DNA of 64,000 nt from Planctomycetota bacterium (GTDB lineage Bacteria; Planctomycetota; UBA1135). Positions 26,703-36,394 of this stretch are shown piece by piece (position 1 is the stretch's first letter; each line of letters starts with the position of its first letter). Under the pieces are notes generated by a model. It saw nothing but the letters and a program-made list of their open reading frames with translations, was not told the origin of the DNA and did not search any database. A program made the translations under genes and the position numbers. Location: positions 4,055-68,054 of the forward strand of contig JAPKBM010000008.1 of assembly GCA_026421205.1 (NCBI GenBank). Reading direction: 5' to 3'.

Positions 26703-28211
26703 TTGCGTGTGCGAAATTTCCTCCTCCTAGCCGGCCTCAGCTCCTTCCTTGGAAGTTGTACGATTTTCTCCTCTTGGATGGATTCAAAACCAACGCCACC
26801 CAACATCGTCATCATTTACACCGACGACCAAGGCTGGGGGGACATCGGCGTACAAGGGGCACAGGGCTTTGAAACGCCAAACTTGGACCGCTTGGCCGCC
26901 GAAGGCACACGTTTTACGAGTTTCTATGTTGCCCAACCCGTGTGTTCCGCATCCCGCGCGGCACTGCTAACCGGTTGCTACCCCAACCGCATCGGCATTC
27001 ATGGAGCCCTGGGCCCAAGGAATACGCACGGGATTCATGCGGATGAAACCACCCTAGCGGAATTATGTCAATCCAAAGGCTATACCACCGGCATGTTTGG
27101 AAAATGGCACTTGGGGTATCAAGCGCAGTTTCTTCCCGCCCATCACGGCTTTGACGAATCCTATGGCATTCCTTACTCCAACGACATGTGGCCCTGGCAT
27201 CCGAATTACGCGCAGTTTTCCGACCCCGTAGAGAAGAGAAAGCGCGGTTATCCTGATTTGTTTTTATTTGAAGGCCTTGACATCGTGGACCCCGAAGTCA
27301 CTGCGGAAGATCAAATGCATTTCACACAGGAGTTCGGCGACCGTGCGGTTTCCTTTATTCAAAAGAATGCGGACAAGCCTTTCTTTCTTTATCTCGCCCA
27401 CCCCATGCCCCATGTTCCCCTGTTCACAAAAGAAGAAAGCGTCGGCCGAAGTGAACAAGGGCGTTACGGTGATGTTCTGGAAGAGATTGATGATTCCGTC
27501 GGAAAAGTCATGCAAGCTTTAGAAGAAGCGGGTGTGGCCGACAACACGCTGGTGATCTATGCTTCCGACAACGGCCCTTGGCTTTCTTATGGGAATCATG
27601 CCGGCTCCACGGGTCCTCTACGAGAGGGCAAAGGCACCACCTTTGAGGGAGGCGTGCGTGTTCCGTGTTTGATGCGGCTTCCAGGTCAAATTCCAGCCGA
27701 CCGTGTGAACGACACACCTTGGATGACCATTGATATTTTCCCTACGGTGGCGAATCTTATTCAGGCAAATCTTCCATCACTGCCAATCGACGGAAAAAAT
27801 GCATGGCCACTTTGGTCGGGAAAAAATGATTCAGAGTCCCCACAAAAAACGTACTTCTTCTATTACCGGAACAACGAACTGCAGGCGTTAAGGCAAGGGC
27901 CCTGGAAACTGCACTTTCCCCACGGTTATCGCTCCATGGAGGGAAAAGATATCGGTGCCGATGGCACCCCGGGTTCTTATGACTATTCCGTAAAAACTGA
28001 TTTGGCACTTTATAATTTGTCGCGGGACATCTCGGAAAGTCTCAGTGTGAAAACCAGCTACCCCGAACTCATGGAGCAACTGCTTCGAACCGCCGAAACC
28101 ATGCGCGCCAAGCTTGGTGATAGCCTCAACGACTTACCTCAAGGCTCAGAAACGCGGGAAGCTGGGCGCGTTGCTAATCCAACGATCGAAGCTGTTCCGT
28201 CAAAGGAATAA
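26703..28211 (+). CDS. arylsulfatase-family sulfatase with a lipoprotein-like signal
   Basis: Motifs are PPNIVIIYTDDQGWGD, the sulfatase signature CSASRAALLTG (C-x-A-x-R form), GKWHLG and SDNGP. The N-terminus is LLLAGLSSFLGSC. The start is non-ATG (TTG 26703 or GTG 26709). Confidence 0.85.
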   Translation: MRVRNFLLLAGLSSFLGSCTIFSSWMDSKPTPPNIVIIYTDDQGWGDIGVQGAQGFETPNLDRLAAEGTRFTSFYVAQPVCSASRAALLTGCYPNRIGIHGALGPRNTHGIHADETTLAELCQSKGYTTGMFGKWHLGYQAQFLPAHHGFDESYGIPYSNDMWPWHPNYAQFSDPVEKRKRGYPDLFLFEGLDIVDPEVTAEDQMHFTQEFGDRAVSFIQKNADKPFFLYLAHPMPHVPLFTKEESVGRSEQGRYGDVLEEIDDSVGKVMQALEEAGVADNTLVIYASDNGPWLSYGNHAGSTGPLREGKGTTFEGGVRVPCLMRLPGQIPADRVNDTPWMTIDIFPTVANLIQANLPSLPIDGKNAWPLWSGKNDSESPQKTYFFYYRNNELQALRQGPWKLHFPHGYRSMEGKDIGADGTPGSYDYSVKTDLALYNLSRDISESLSVKTSYPELMEQLLRTAETMRAKLGDSLNDLPQGSETREAGRVANPTIEAVPSKE

Positions 28212-28303
28212 GCGCCACTTTCCGCCTCCATGCCCTTCTAAAGATTTCAGATGGGAAGAAATGCTACATCAATGTAGTTTTTCTGTTCCTATGCAATCAA
28301 AGA

Positions 28304-30286
28304 CTAAGAAGCGACTACGAAATCAAGTTCCGGAGAATACGCACAGATCTTTCCTGCAAAAGCACTTGCGGCCACCGTCAAGGGACTAGCCAGATAAAGA
28401 CTGCCTGGGCCGGAACGACCGGAAAAGTTGCGATTAATTGCCGAAACAGTCACCTGATCCTTGGCATCACTCACACCAGGGCCACACCCAATGCACGCCC
28501 CACACCCCGGGTTCACCAATTGCACCCCCACTTCCCGAAAGAGTTGGGTCCATCCCTGGGCGTCGGCGTAATCTTGCACCGCCTTCGACCCGAACTGAAT
28601 AAAGAACTCGGTGCCTTCGGCTACTTGAACGCCGGCATCCTTTGCCGCCTGGCAGACTTCGGCGTACATTCTCATGTCATCCACTTTGCCCGCCGTGCAG
28701 GAACCGCCATAAGCGATATCAATGGAAATAGGATCTAAGTCCGAGACGTTTTTCCCGTAGGTCGGGTCGCCGGGCTCCGCCACCATGGGCACGATTGCGG
28801 ACAGGTCCACCCCATGCACACCGCCGTCATAGTGCGCGCCTGTATCTGCGGACACAAAGGTTGCCTCAATTTCTTCGCCAGTTTTCCCAGGCCGACGTTC
28901 TGCAAGCCACTGCGCAAGGGCTTCATCGCCTTCGCAAATTCCGGTACGCCCCGTGCACTCTGTGGCCATGTTGCATAGTGTGGCGCGCTCGTCCACCGAA
29001 AGGCTTTCCAATCCGCTGCCGCCAAATTCCATGGAACGGTTCAGCGTGTCTTCGCGTTTTGCAAAGGTATCCAAAATGAACAGCATGACGTCTTTCGCCG
29101 AACAACCCGGCGCCAATGACCCCGTTAATTCAAAGCGAATGCTCTGCGGAACGCGCACAAAGGTAAAACCACTTTGTGCTAAAGCCGCATATTCCGTGGC
29201 ACCCACACCATAAGCCAACGCATTGGAAGCGCCGCCCATGCACGTATGAGAATCCGTGGCTTGCACAAAATCACCCGGGTCAATCAAGGTCTCGCGCGCG
29301 ATTTGATGGCAGATTCCAGGACTTACGCCATCTTTTGCCTGAAAATCCAACACACCCGTGTGTTTCTGGAACTCTCTCTGTAAATCCCGCATGGTTTGGA
29401 TTTTAGAAACAAAGGGCGCAAAGCGAGCAACGCCGTCGGCGTACAAAAGATGGTCTTCAAATACGGCTAACTTGTCCGCATTTTTCACCGTGTACTTTTC
29501 ACCGTACTCTGCTTTCAAAAAAGTATGTACTTGCGCTGATGTGAATTCATGACTAAACCCGGCGTCTACTTTAGCCAGCACCGCATCGCCCGACGCCACA
29601 AAGGCACCTTCTTTCCCAGGGTTGAGCATCTTCGTTGCAATCATCTTCTCCGCCATGTTCATGGGTCGATTCCCCGTGGCATTGGGAGGCAAAGTAATCT
29701 CCCCCGATTGCACTTTCTTCGAAAATGCAAAGAGTCCCCCTTCTTCAATAATCACTTGTGTGACTGGATCATAACCCTGGCTAAACTCCGACAAGTCCAC
29801 CGTTTCGCTGGCCTGCATGCGCTGCAGCACATCATGGCCCGCCATAAGCTGACCCAAATTTATGTTATTGCGCTCATGAATCGGCGCAAAACTTGCAGCA
29901 AATACATAACGAATACCCGACCACCGTTCACATTGCGCAGCCGTCTCCCGACTAGAACCAGTCCCTTTTCGCAAACCTGAAACGATGGCTTCAAAATTTC
30001 CGTCCATCAATTCGCGTTCACCTACCACACGGTTGCCGTCGGCGTCTACTAAACCGGCATAGGCATTCTTAGCAATCTCTTCGGGCAAGTGATCGAAGCA
30101 AACCCACGCCGGAGTCATGACGTCGGTGTTGATGTCATCCAACAAATCATCCACCGAGAGGTTCTCCATGCGCAAATTCAACCCGTCATGCAACTGGCGG
30201 CGAATGAGTTCAATATCCTTGGTCAGAAAAAGCACGCGCTTTTTCTGATCCAGGCTGATTTTCAGGTTAGGTTTGGAGGAGTTCAT
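28304..30286 (-). CDS. aconitase/isopropylmalate-dehydratase family protein with the swivel (LeuD-like) domain at the N-terminus
   Basis: The N-terminus has DDINTDVMTPA, GTGSSRETA and ERNNINLGQL (small-subunit motifs). These are followed by GICHQ, DSHTCMGG, GGSCTAGK, NPGCGACIG and NRNFSGRSG (catalytic domains 1-3). Confidence 0.8.
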   Translation of the reverse strand: MNSSKPNLKISLDQKKRVLFLTKDIELIRRQLHDGLNLRMENLSVDDLLDDINTDVMTPAWVCFDHLPEEIAKNAYAGLVDADGNRVVGERELMDGNFEAIVSGLRKGTGSSRETAAQCERWSGIRYVFAASFAPIHERNNINLGQLMAGHDVLQRMQASETVDLSEFSQGYDPVTQVIIEEGGLFAFSKKVQSGEITLPPNATGNRPMNMAEKMIATKMLNPGKEGAFVASGDAVLAKVDAGFSHEFTSAQVHTFLKAEYGEKYTVKNADKLAVFEDHLLYADGVARFAPFVSKIQTMRDLQREFQKHTGVLDFQAKDGVSPGICHQIARETLIDPGDFVQATDSHTCMGGASNALAYGVGATEYAALAQSGFTFVRVPQSIRFELTGSLAPGCSAKDVMLFILDTFAKREDTLNRSMEFGGSGLESLSVDERATLCNMATECTGRTGICEGDEALAQWLAERRPGKTGEEIEATFVSADTGAHYDGGVHGVDLSAIVPMVAEPGDPTYGKNVSDLDPISIDIAYGGSCTAGKVDDMRMYAEVCQAAKDAGVQVAEGTEFFIQFGSKAVQDYADAQGWTQLFREVGVQLVNPGCGACIGCGPGVSDAKDQVTVSAINRNFSGRSGPGSLYLASPLTVAASAFAGKICAYSPELDFVVAS

Positions 30287-30307
30287 GAGTGCAGACCAAC
30301 CCGAATG

Positions 30308-31273
30308 CTACCGCGTCTGCCGCACCAGACGATTCAGGCGACCCCGGAAATTCCAGTCCACCACCCATAAATCGCCCTGTTTCCCCCACGCTGCGCAATG
30401 CGGAGACAGAAACATGCCGTCATGCCATTTGTCTCGATCCACGGCATTTGTAGCGCGAAGAGCGGGGTTTTCCTGCTCACCAAGATGCGCCAAAACCGCT
30501 CCATCTCGGTCCAAAATACTCACGCGCCCTTCCAACTCCGCTACCAGCCATCCCTCCGGCCCGGCATCCACATGACAAGGACGGTTCAAGGGCGTAGCCA
30601 CCACACGGTCCAGCGTTCCATCCGGATAAAACACCTGCAACCGACGGTTCTCTCGGTCCGCCACGACCAAGCGCTGAATCTCCTCATCCCACGTGATGCC
30701 ATGGGGCGTTTGAAATTTTCCCGCCTCACTCCCCGGCCCGCCAAAACAAAACTCCCAAACTCCTTCGGCCGAATAAGCATGCACCCAACCCTTGCCGTAA
30801 CCGTCCGCCACAAAAAATCGGCCGTCGGGTAAAACGGCAACCGACGTTGGTTTATATTCCTTCGCCGACGTGTATTTTTTTGAAATCTCAGGCCAACTCC
30901 ACTGACGCAATGTCTCACCTGCCATGTCTAATTGGCGCACTTGATGCAAACCCGTGTGCGTGACCCAAATAGTTTCCGCGCCATCCGCCTGCACAATGTC
31001 CATGCCATGCAATCCGCCCGCCAAGTCCTCTCCCATGGCATGTAAAAACTGTCCGTCGGGCGCAAACACCATCACTGATTGACGGGAATCTGTGTTGAGA
31101 TAGACTCGGCCTTGCACATCCAAAGCCACACAGCCATGGGTATTCCCCAAATTCACGCCGTCCGGCAACTTCATCCACCCCGCATCCCACGTGTAGTGCA
31201 GAGGCGTTGAGTTAGATTGAAAACAACCCAAGGCAAAGGCGAGCACGGCAAGAAAGATGAGAGGTTGGCGCAT
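30308..31273 (-). CDS. NHL-repeat six-bladed beta-propeller lipoprotein
   Basis: Signal/lipobox LAVLAFALGC. NHL-like repeats include FQTPHGITWDEE..LVVADRENRRLQVFYPDG and LSPHCAAWGKQGDLWVVD. Confidence 0.7.
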   Translation of the reverse strand: MRQPLIFLAVLAFALGCFQSNSTPLHYTWDAGWMKLPDGVNLGNTHGCVALDVQGRVYLNTDSRQSVMVFAPDGQFLHAMGEDLAGGLHGMDIVQADGAETIWVTHTGLHQVRQLDMAGETLRQWSWPEISKKYTSAKEYKPTSVAVLPDGRFFVADGYGKGWVHAYSAEGVWEFCFGGPGSEAGKFQTPHGITWDEEIQRLVVADRENRRLQVFYPDGTLDRVVATPLNRPCHVDAGPEGWLVAELEGRVSILDRDGAVLAHLGEQENPALRATNAVDRDKWHDGMFLSPHCAAWGKQGDLWVVDWNFRGRLNRLVRQTR

Positions 31274-31308
31274 TGGAGAAGCCTAACCGCGCCGGTAGCC
31301 TTTGCCGA

Positions 31309-32430
31309 ATGTCCAAACCTACCTCAGCCGACGCACTTCAAATGGCGGAAAATTTCTCGGCCGACGGCACCCCGCAAAATGCTGAAATTTGGTCCGGAGG
31401 CCACATCAACACCTCTTTTCGAATCACTTTTTCGGAAAATACTCCACCTCGTCGGTATTTACTCCAACGCATCAACGCGCATGTTTTCCCCCAAGGAAAT
31501 CTTATCATGGAAAATATCCGACGCGTCACCTTGCATGTGTTCGGCATGCTGCAATCCACCGGGGTGCAAAATATGGAGCGGCACTTTCTTTCCTTAGTCC
31601 CCACAAAGCAAGGAGGTTTTTGCGTCCAAGATGCCGACGGCCACTTTTGGCGGATGTATCCGTGGGTGGAAGGAACGCAGACCAAACTCCAAGTGGAAAC
31701 CACCGGCCAAGCAAATTCAGCCGCCTTTGCCTTTGGTGATTTTTTGCGTTTAACCGCTGACCTCACTCATCCTCCGCTTCACACAATCCTCCCTGATTTT
31801 CATCACACACCCAAACGACTTCAGGCTCTCCAAGAAGCCGTCCAAAGCAACCCAAAAAATCGCCTCGATTCTGCCGCCGACGCTTTAGCACTTGTGGAAG
31901 AGCTCACCCCCGACGCCTGCATTTTGCAGACCTTGTTAGATCAAAAACAGTTGCCCTGGCGTCCGGTACACAATGACACCAAAATCTCCAACGTTCTCTT
32001 TGACGCAACCAATCAGGAAGCCCTTTGCGTGGTTGACTTAGACACCGTCATGCCGGGGTCGGCGCTTCATGATTTCGGCGATATGGCACGCTCCATGGCA
32101 ACCCGCACTCCAGAAGATGGCCGCAATGAAAACGGGGACTGGGTGGAAGCCAAAGTAGACACCGAATTATTTGCCGCCGTTTGCCATGGTTTCCTGCAAG
32201 GTGCAGGAGATTCTCTGGCTGCTTTGGAAAAACAGCATCTCCTCCTCAGCGCTCAAGCACTCGCGACCGAGTTAGGCGCCCGTTTCTTGATGGACTATCT
32301 CCTCGGCGACACTTATTTTGGCATCACGCGCCCGCAACAAAACCTAGAAAGAGCCCAAACGCAACTGGGCATCGCCAAAGAATTTCTTCAAAGGAAAGAA
32401 GAACTGGAAAAGGTTGCCTTCATGGGGTAG
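31309..32430 (+). CDS. aminoglycoside-phosphotransferase-fold kinase, N-acetylhexosamine-1-kinase-like
   Basis: ATG at 31309. Motifs are GGHINTSFRI, RYLLQRINAHVFP, HNDTKISNVLFD and VDLDTVMPG. The TTG start at 31273 in the track is unlikely. Confidence 0.7.
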   Translation: MSKPTSADALQMAENFSADGTPQNAEIWSGGHINTSFRITFSENTPPRRYLLQRINAHVFPQGNLIMENIRRVTLHVFGMLQSTGVQNMERHFLSLVPTKQGGFCVQDADGHFWRMYPWVEGTQTKLQVETTGQANSAAFAFGDFLRLTADLTHPPLHTILPDFHHTPKRLQALQEAVQSNPKNRLDSAADALALVEELTPDACILQTLLDQKQLPWRPVHNDTKISNVLFDATNQEALCVVDLDTVMPGSALHDFGDMARSMATRTPEDGRNENGDWVEAKVDTELFAAVCHGFLQGAGDSLAALEKQHLLLSAQALATELGARFLMDYLLGDTYFGITRPQQNLERAQTQLGIAKEFLQRKEELEKVAFMG

Positions 32431-32440
32431 AGTTGGGTTC

Positions 32441-32506
32441 ATGAAACAGATGTTGCAACAGAGTTGGCGCTGGCCTTGCGGGCCCAGGATTCTCCTGAAG
32501 CCGTAG
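32441..32506 (+). CDS. trpL: trp operon leader peptide candidate (21 aa, two Trp codons)
   Basis: It encodes MKQMLQQSWRWPCGPRILLKP*. The TGG codons lie at 32465 and 32471. It sits 85 nt upstream of trpE and just before an intrinsic terminator. Confidence 0.55.
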   Translation: MKQMLQQSWRWPCGPRILLKP

Positions 32507-32546
32507 CGGTCTATTCCTCCCGCACGACTCTCTTGAAACACCTGAA

Positions 32547-32579
32547 GGGCCCTCGAATACTCGGGGGCTCTTTCTTTTT
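32547..32579 (+). terminator. trp attenuator (intrinsic terminator immediately upstream of trpE)
   Basis: The 10-bp stem gggccctcga / tcgggggctc (two G-U pairs) has loop atac and is followed by tttcttttt. The trpE ATG is 12 nt later. Confidence 0.6.
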
Positions 32580-32590
32580 ACCCACACACC

Positions 32591-34000
32591 ATGCCCTTCC
32601 TGCACCAATCCTCTGCTAAGGATGCCGCTCAACACGGCCTCGCTTGGCTTGAAGTCCCGGCGGATCGCTTCACGCCCGTCGGACTTTTCCTCTCCATGCG
32701 CGCAAGCGGGCGTCGGCCTTGCCTATTGGAATCCGCCGAAGGCCCTCTGCGTTTGGCCCGCTGGTCTTTGCTGGGCGTCAATCCGGCAGAACACGTAGAA
32801 GTTTTTGCAGGAGATCCCACGCCGACGTTTTCCCAAGAGATTTCCACGTCACCCCCCGCCCACTTGCCACCTTTTTGCGGCGGGTGGATTGGCTCCTTCT
32901 TTTATGAATGGGCAGCCCAACAAGAACCGACGGTTTCGGTCGTTACGGCTGGACCTTGGAAGGGGAAGGTGGCGGATTTTCAACGCTACCCGCAAGTTTT
33001 GGCACTGGATCACGCCAACCAAAAAGTTTTCTGCATCGCTCCTTGCAAAGAAGCGGATTTTGAAACGACCCTGCTGGCCTTAGAAGCCTTAGCCAACGAC
33101 TTGCATCACCCCTATCTAGAGGCCGACGCCTTCACCTGCGCCGACCTTACGCCTAAACACTCCATGGCAAAGGAGGATTTTTTGACAGGGGTGGAATCCT
33201 TGCGTCAGGCAATCTCTGAAGGAGAGATTTTCCAAGCGGTGCTCTCCCAACGTTTTGACTTGGACTTTGAAGGGGACCCTTTTCAACTTTATCGAGCTCT
33301 GCGGCTTTGCAATCCTTCGCCGCATATGTTCTTTTACGAGAGCCCTGATTTCATTTTGGTCGGCTCTTCACCAGAACGCTTGGTTTCGGTCCTCGACGGC
33401 CGTGTAGAAAACCGACCCATCGCGGGAACGCGAGCGCGCAGTGACCAACCGGAAGAAGATGACCGCTTGGGTGCAGAACTACAAAATGATCCCAAAGAGC
33501 GTGCGGAACATGACATGCTCGTGGACTTAGCGCGCAATGACCTCGGAAGAATTGCCCGAACCGGCACCGTCTGCGTTCGAGAACATGCCGCCTTAGAAAA
33601 ATTCGCGCGTGTGCAACATTTGGTCAGTCGTGTGGACTGTGAACTTGCAACCTCCTTCACCCCCATGGATGCCCTCGCCGCTTCCTTCCCTGCAGGAACC
33701 GTCAGCGGTGCGCCCAAAATAAGGGCTATGCAGTTGCTTTCCGCGTTAGAACCCGAAGCCCGCGGGCCCTATGCCGGTGCATTTGGCTACATTGACGCCT
33801 CGGGAAATTTGGACATGGCCATCACCATTCGCACCTTCGCCATTCGAAACAACAAGCTTTCCGTTCAGGCGGGTGCCGGCATTGTGCACGCATCCAAACC
33901 AGAACGGGAATACACCGAAACGATGGAAAAAGCCGACGCCCTTTTCCGCGCCGTTCACATTGCCGCATCCGGCATCTTCTCTAGCCCCGAAACCAGATGA
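32591..34000 (+). CDS. trpE: anthranilate synthase component I
   Basis: Motifs are LESAEG, QAVLSQRF, IAGTRAR, GAPKIRAMQLL and GPYAGAFGY. Confidence 0.9.
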   Translation: MPFLHQSSAKDAAQHGLAWLEVPADRFTPVGLFLSMRASGRRPCLLESAEGPLRLARWSLLGVNPAEHVEVFAGDPTPTFSQEISTSPPAHLPPFCGGWIGSFFYEWAAQQEPTVSVVTAGPWKGKVADFQRYPQVLALDHANQKVFCIAPCKEADFETTLLALEALANDLHHPYLEADAFTCADLTPKHSMAKEDFLTGVESLRQAISEGEIFQAVLSQRFDLDFEGDPFQLYRALRLCNPSPHMFFYESPDFILVGSSPERLVSVLDGRVENRPIAGTRARSDQPEEDDRLGAELQNDPKERAEHDMLVDLARNDLGRIARTGTVCVREHAALEKFARVQHLVSRVDCELATSFTPMDALAASFPAGTVSGAPKIRAMQLLSALEPEARGPYAGAFGYIDASGNLDMAITIRTFAIRNNKLSVQAGAGIVHASKPEREYTETMEKADALFRAVHIAASGIFSSPETR

Positions 34001-34587
34001 TCCTCCTCATCGACAACTACGATTCCTTCACGTACAACTTGTACCAGTCCTTAGCCTCGCAAGGTGCTGAAGTTCAAGTGCATCGCAATGATGCATTGAC
34101 CAAAGAGGAAGCCCTTGCCCTCAATCCATCGGCGATTATTTTCTCTCCTGGACCCGGTCGGCCGAAAAATTCTGGCATTTGCCCGGAGTTACTTAAAGAA
34201 ATTCCTGATTCGCTTCCATTTCTAGGCATTTGCTTAGGGCATCAAGCCTTGGTGGAATCCTTAGGAGGGCACCTTGAGTTAGACCCTGTTCCCACGCACG
34301 GAAAAAGTTCTTTGATGCATCATGATGGGGAATGTTCGCTATTTCAAGATCTTCCCAACCCGTTTCCAGCCGGACGCTATCACTCTTTGCGCGCCGTGCG
34401 CAGTGACTTGCCGGATTGCCTGCATTTGAGGTCTTGGACGGAAGATGGCTTGGTCATGGCTGTGGAACACAAAACACGGCCATGGTTTGGCCTGCAGTTT
34501 CACCCGGAATCTATCTTGACTCCGCAGGGAGACAAAATGATGGCCCACTTCCTTCAAAAAACAGGCATCGGCGTCAGCACACGATGA
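33997..34587 (+). CDS. trpG: anthranilate synthase component II (glutamine amidotransferase)
   Basis: Motifs are ILLIDNYDSFTYNLYQ, PFLGICLGHQ and LQFHPES. ATGA overlap with trpE. Confidence 0.9.
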   Translation: MILLIDNYDSFTYNLYQSLASQGAEVQVHRNDALTKEEALALNPSAIIFSPGPGRPKNSGICPELLKEIPDSLPFLGICLGHQALVESLGGHLELDPVPTHGKSSLMHHDGECSLFQDLPNPFPAGRYHSLRAVRSDLPDCLHLRSWTEDGLVMAVEHKTRPWFGLQFHPESILTPQGDKMMAHFLQKTGIGVSTR

Positions 34588-35603
34588 ATCTTCAAGAGGC
34601 CGGCCAGCATGCTATGAATGGCGGCTTCTTCAGCCGGCAGGAGACCTTTAACTTGCTGAGTTCTTCCTTGAGAGAAGGAGCGAACGGGACGGCTTTGGAA
34701 CTTTTTCTCACGGGCCTTGCGAATCGCGGGGAAACGGCCGAAGAAATCCAAGGAGGCGCCGAAGCCTTGCGAGCCGCTTGCGTTCCTTTTGTGCATGATG
34801 CCGCCGACGCCCTGGACACGTGCGGGACCGGCGGAGATGGGCTGGGGTCCTTCAATCTTTCCACGGCGTCGGCCTTGGTGGCCGCGGGTGCCGGTGCCAA
34901 AGTCATCAAACACGGCAATCGCTCCGTTTCCTCTCAATGTGGGTCGGCTGATTTGCTGGAAGCGGCCGGAGTGCATTTAGAATTGAATCCAGAACAAGCG
35001 CGCCGCGTTTTCGAAACCGTTGGCATGGTATTTTTGTACGCCCCTACGTTTCATCCGGCCATGCGTTTTGTTGCTCCGGTTCGCAAGAAGATGGGTCGGC
35101 GAACGCTGTTTAATTATTTGGGGCCTCTTTGTTCTCCGGGAAATGTGCAACGCCAATTGTTGGGCGTCGGCGTAGCCAAGATGTTGCCCGCCTATGCCGA
35201 AGTCTTGCGGGGCTTGGGCGTTCAACGCGCTTATGTGGTACACGGCGCCGGCGGTGCGGATGAACTGACTCCGGCGGGGCACAATCAAGTTTTTGTCGTA
35301 GGAGATGCGCCCAAAGTTTCTCTGGATGCCAAGGCATTAGGCTTACCGACGGCTTCCGTGATGGAACTAGAGGGCGGAGACCCTTCGGTAAATTTAAAAC
35401 TCTTGCATGATTTATTGCATGGAGAAAAGAATGCAATTCGAACCGCCGTTTTACAAAACACGGCGGCGGCACTTTTGTTAAATGGTGCGGCAAAGCACGC
35501 CAAAGAGGGTGTGGCGATGGCCGAAGAGTCTTTGGATTCTGGCGCAGCACGGATCATCTTGCAGCGCTTGATTCAGAAAAGCCAAGAGGAGTCCCAGCGA
35601 TGA
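34584..35603 (+). CDS. trpD: anthranilate phosphoribosyltransferase
   Basis: ATG 34584 (MNLQEAGQHAM) with an ATGA overlap on trpG. Motifs are DTCGTGGDG and KHGNRSVSSQCGSADLLEA. The track ORF from 34416 is an over-extension. Confidence 0.9.
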   Translation: MNLQEAGQHAMNGGFFSRQETFNLLSSSLREGANGTALELFLTGLANRGETAEEIQGGAEALRAACVPFVHDAADALDTCGTGGDGLGSFNLSTASALVAAGAGAKVIKHGNRSVSSQCGSADLLEAAGVHLELNPEQARRVFETVGMVFLYAPTFHPAMRFVAPVRKKMGRRTLFNYLGPLCSPGNVQRQLLGVGVAKMLPAYAEVLRGLGVQRAYVVHGAGGADELTPAGHNQVFVVGDAPKVSLDAKALGLPTASVMELEGGDPSVNLKLLHDLLHGEKNAIRTAVLQNTAAALLLNGAAKHAKEGVAMAEESLDSGAARIILQRLIQKSQEESQR

Positions 35604-36394
35604 AATTGGCGGACACGCGTTTAGGCCCCATCCTGGAAGCCGTCACCGCCCGAGCAAAAGTCCGAGAGGCAACGGGACGTGGTTTCAAAGAAGAAGCTGT
35701 CCATCGCACTTCCCAAGGGAAAAGATCGGTCGAGTCCTTAAAGGAAAAGTCACTCGCCATCATTGCCGAATGCAAACGTCGGTCGCCCTCGGCAGGAAAC
35801 TTGGCTGATGAGCCCGATTTACTCAAGCGAGCTTTACGCTATGCCAAGGAAGGTGCTTCTGTAATTTCCATCTTGACGGAACAAGATGGCTTCGGCGGAA
35901 GCTTGGAAGATTTCGTTCACCTCCAAGCCGTTTCTTCGCCGCGTTTGCGAAAAGATTTCATCTTGAACTCTTTCATGGTGGATGAATCTGCGCGCGTGGG
36001 GGCGGATTTTATTTTGCTCATGGCTGTTTGCCTGGAAGGAAGTCAACTCTCGGAATTGTGCGCTCAAGCGCAAGAGCTGGAAATGGCTGTTTTGCTGGAA
36101 GTTCATGATGAAGAAGAACTGTCGCGGGCTATCAACGCAAAGCCAGATTGCATTGGGGTGAATGCGCGAGATTTACGAACCTTTGATGTGGACCTGCAAA
36201 CGGCAGAGACCTTACTTCCCATTATTCCATCGGGCTTTGTCAAAATTGCGGAAAGCGGACTCCAAACGTATGACGATTTACTTCGCATGAAAAGTGCTGG
36301 AGCCGATGCTGCTTTGATTGGAACCGCTTTCATGAAAGACCCTGGAAAACTGGGCCGGTGGACGAAAAACTTGCGGGAGGACTTCCATGCATAA
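35600..36394 (+). CDS. trpC: indole-3-glycerol phosphate synthase
   Basis: Motifs are IIAECKRRSPSAG, RKDFI, GVNARDL and ESGL. ATGA overlap with trpD. Confidence 0.88.
   Translation: MKLADTRLGPILEAVTARAKVREATGRGFKEEAVHRTSQGKRSVESLKEKSLAIIAECKRRSPSAGNLADEPDLLKRALRYAKEGASVISILTEQDGFGGSLEDFVHLQAVSSPRLRKDFILNSFMVDESARVGADFILLMAVCLEGSQLSELCAQAQELEMAVLLEVHDEEELSRAINAKPDCIGVNARDLRTFDVDLQTAETLLPIIPSGFVKIAESGLQTYDDLLRMKSAGADAALIGTAFMKDPGKLGRWTKNLREDFHA

Noticed and set aside
26935-26970. The sulfatase active-site motif CSASR (Ala instead of Pro) as an anomaly
   Set aside because: The accepted maturation motif is (C/S)-x-(P/A)-x-R, so this lies within the normal range. No maturase gene is in the window, but it could be anywhere in the genome.
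28264-28282. A weak hairpin (ctaca tcaa tgtag) plus TTTTT after the sulfatase gene as a terminator
   Set aside because: The 5-bp AT-rich stem is too weak to call with confidence.
31273-31308. A TTG start at 31273 for the kinase gene, sharing a base with the divergent NHL gene start
   Set aside because: It would place two start codons back-to-back with no promoter space. The ATG at 31309 is the more plausible start.
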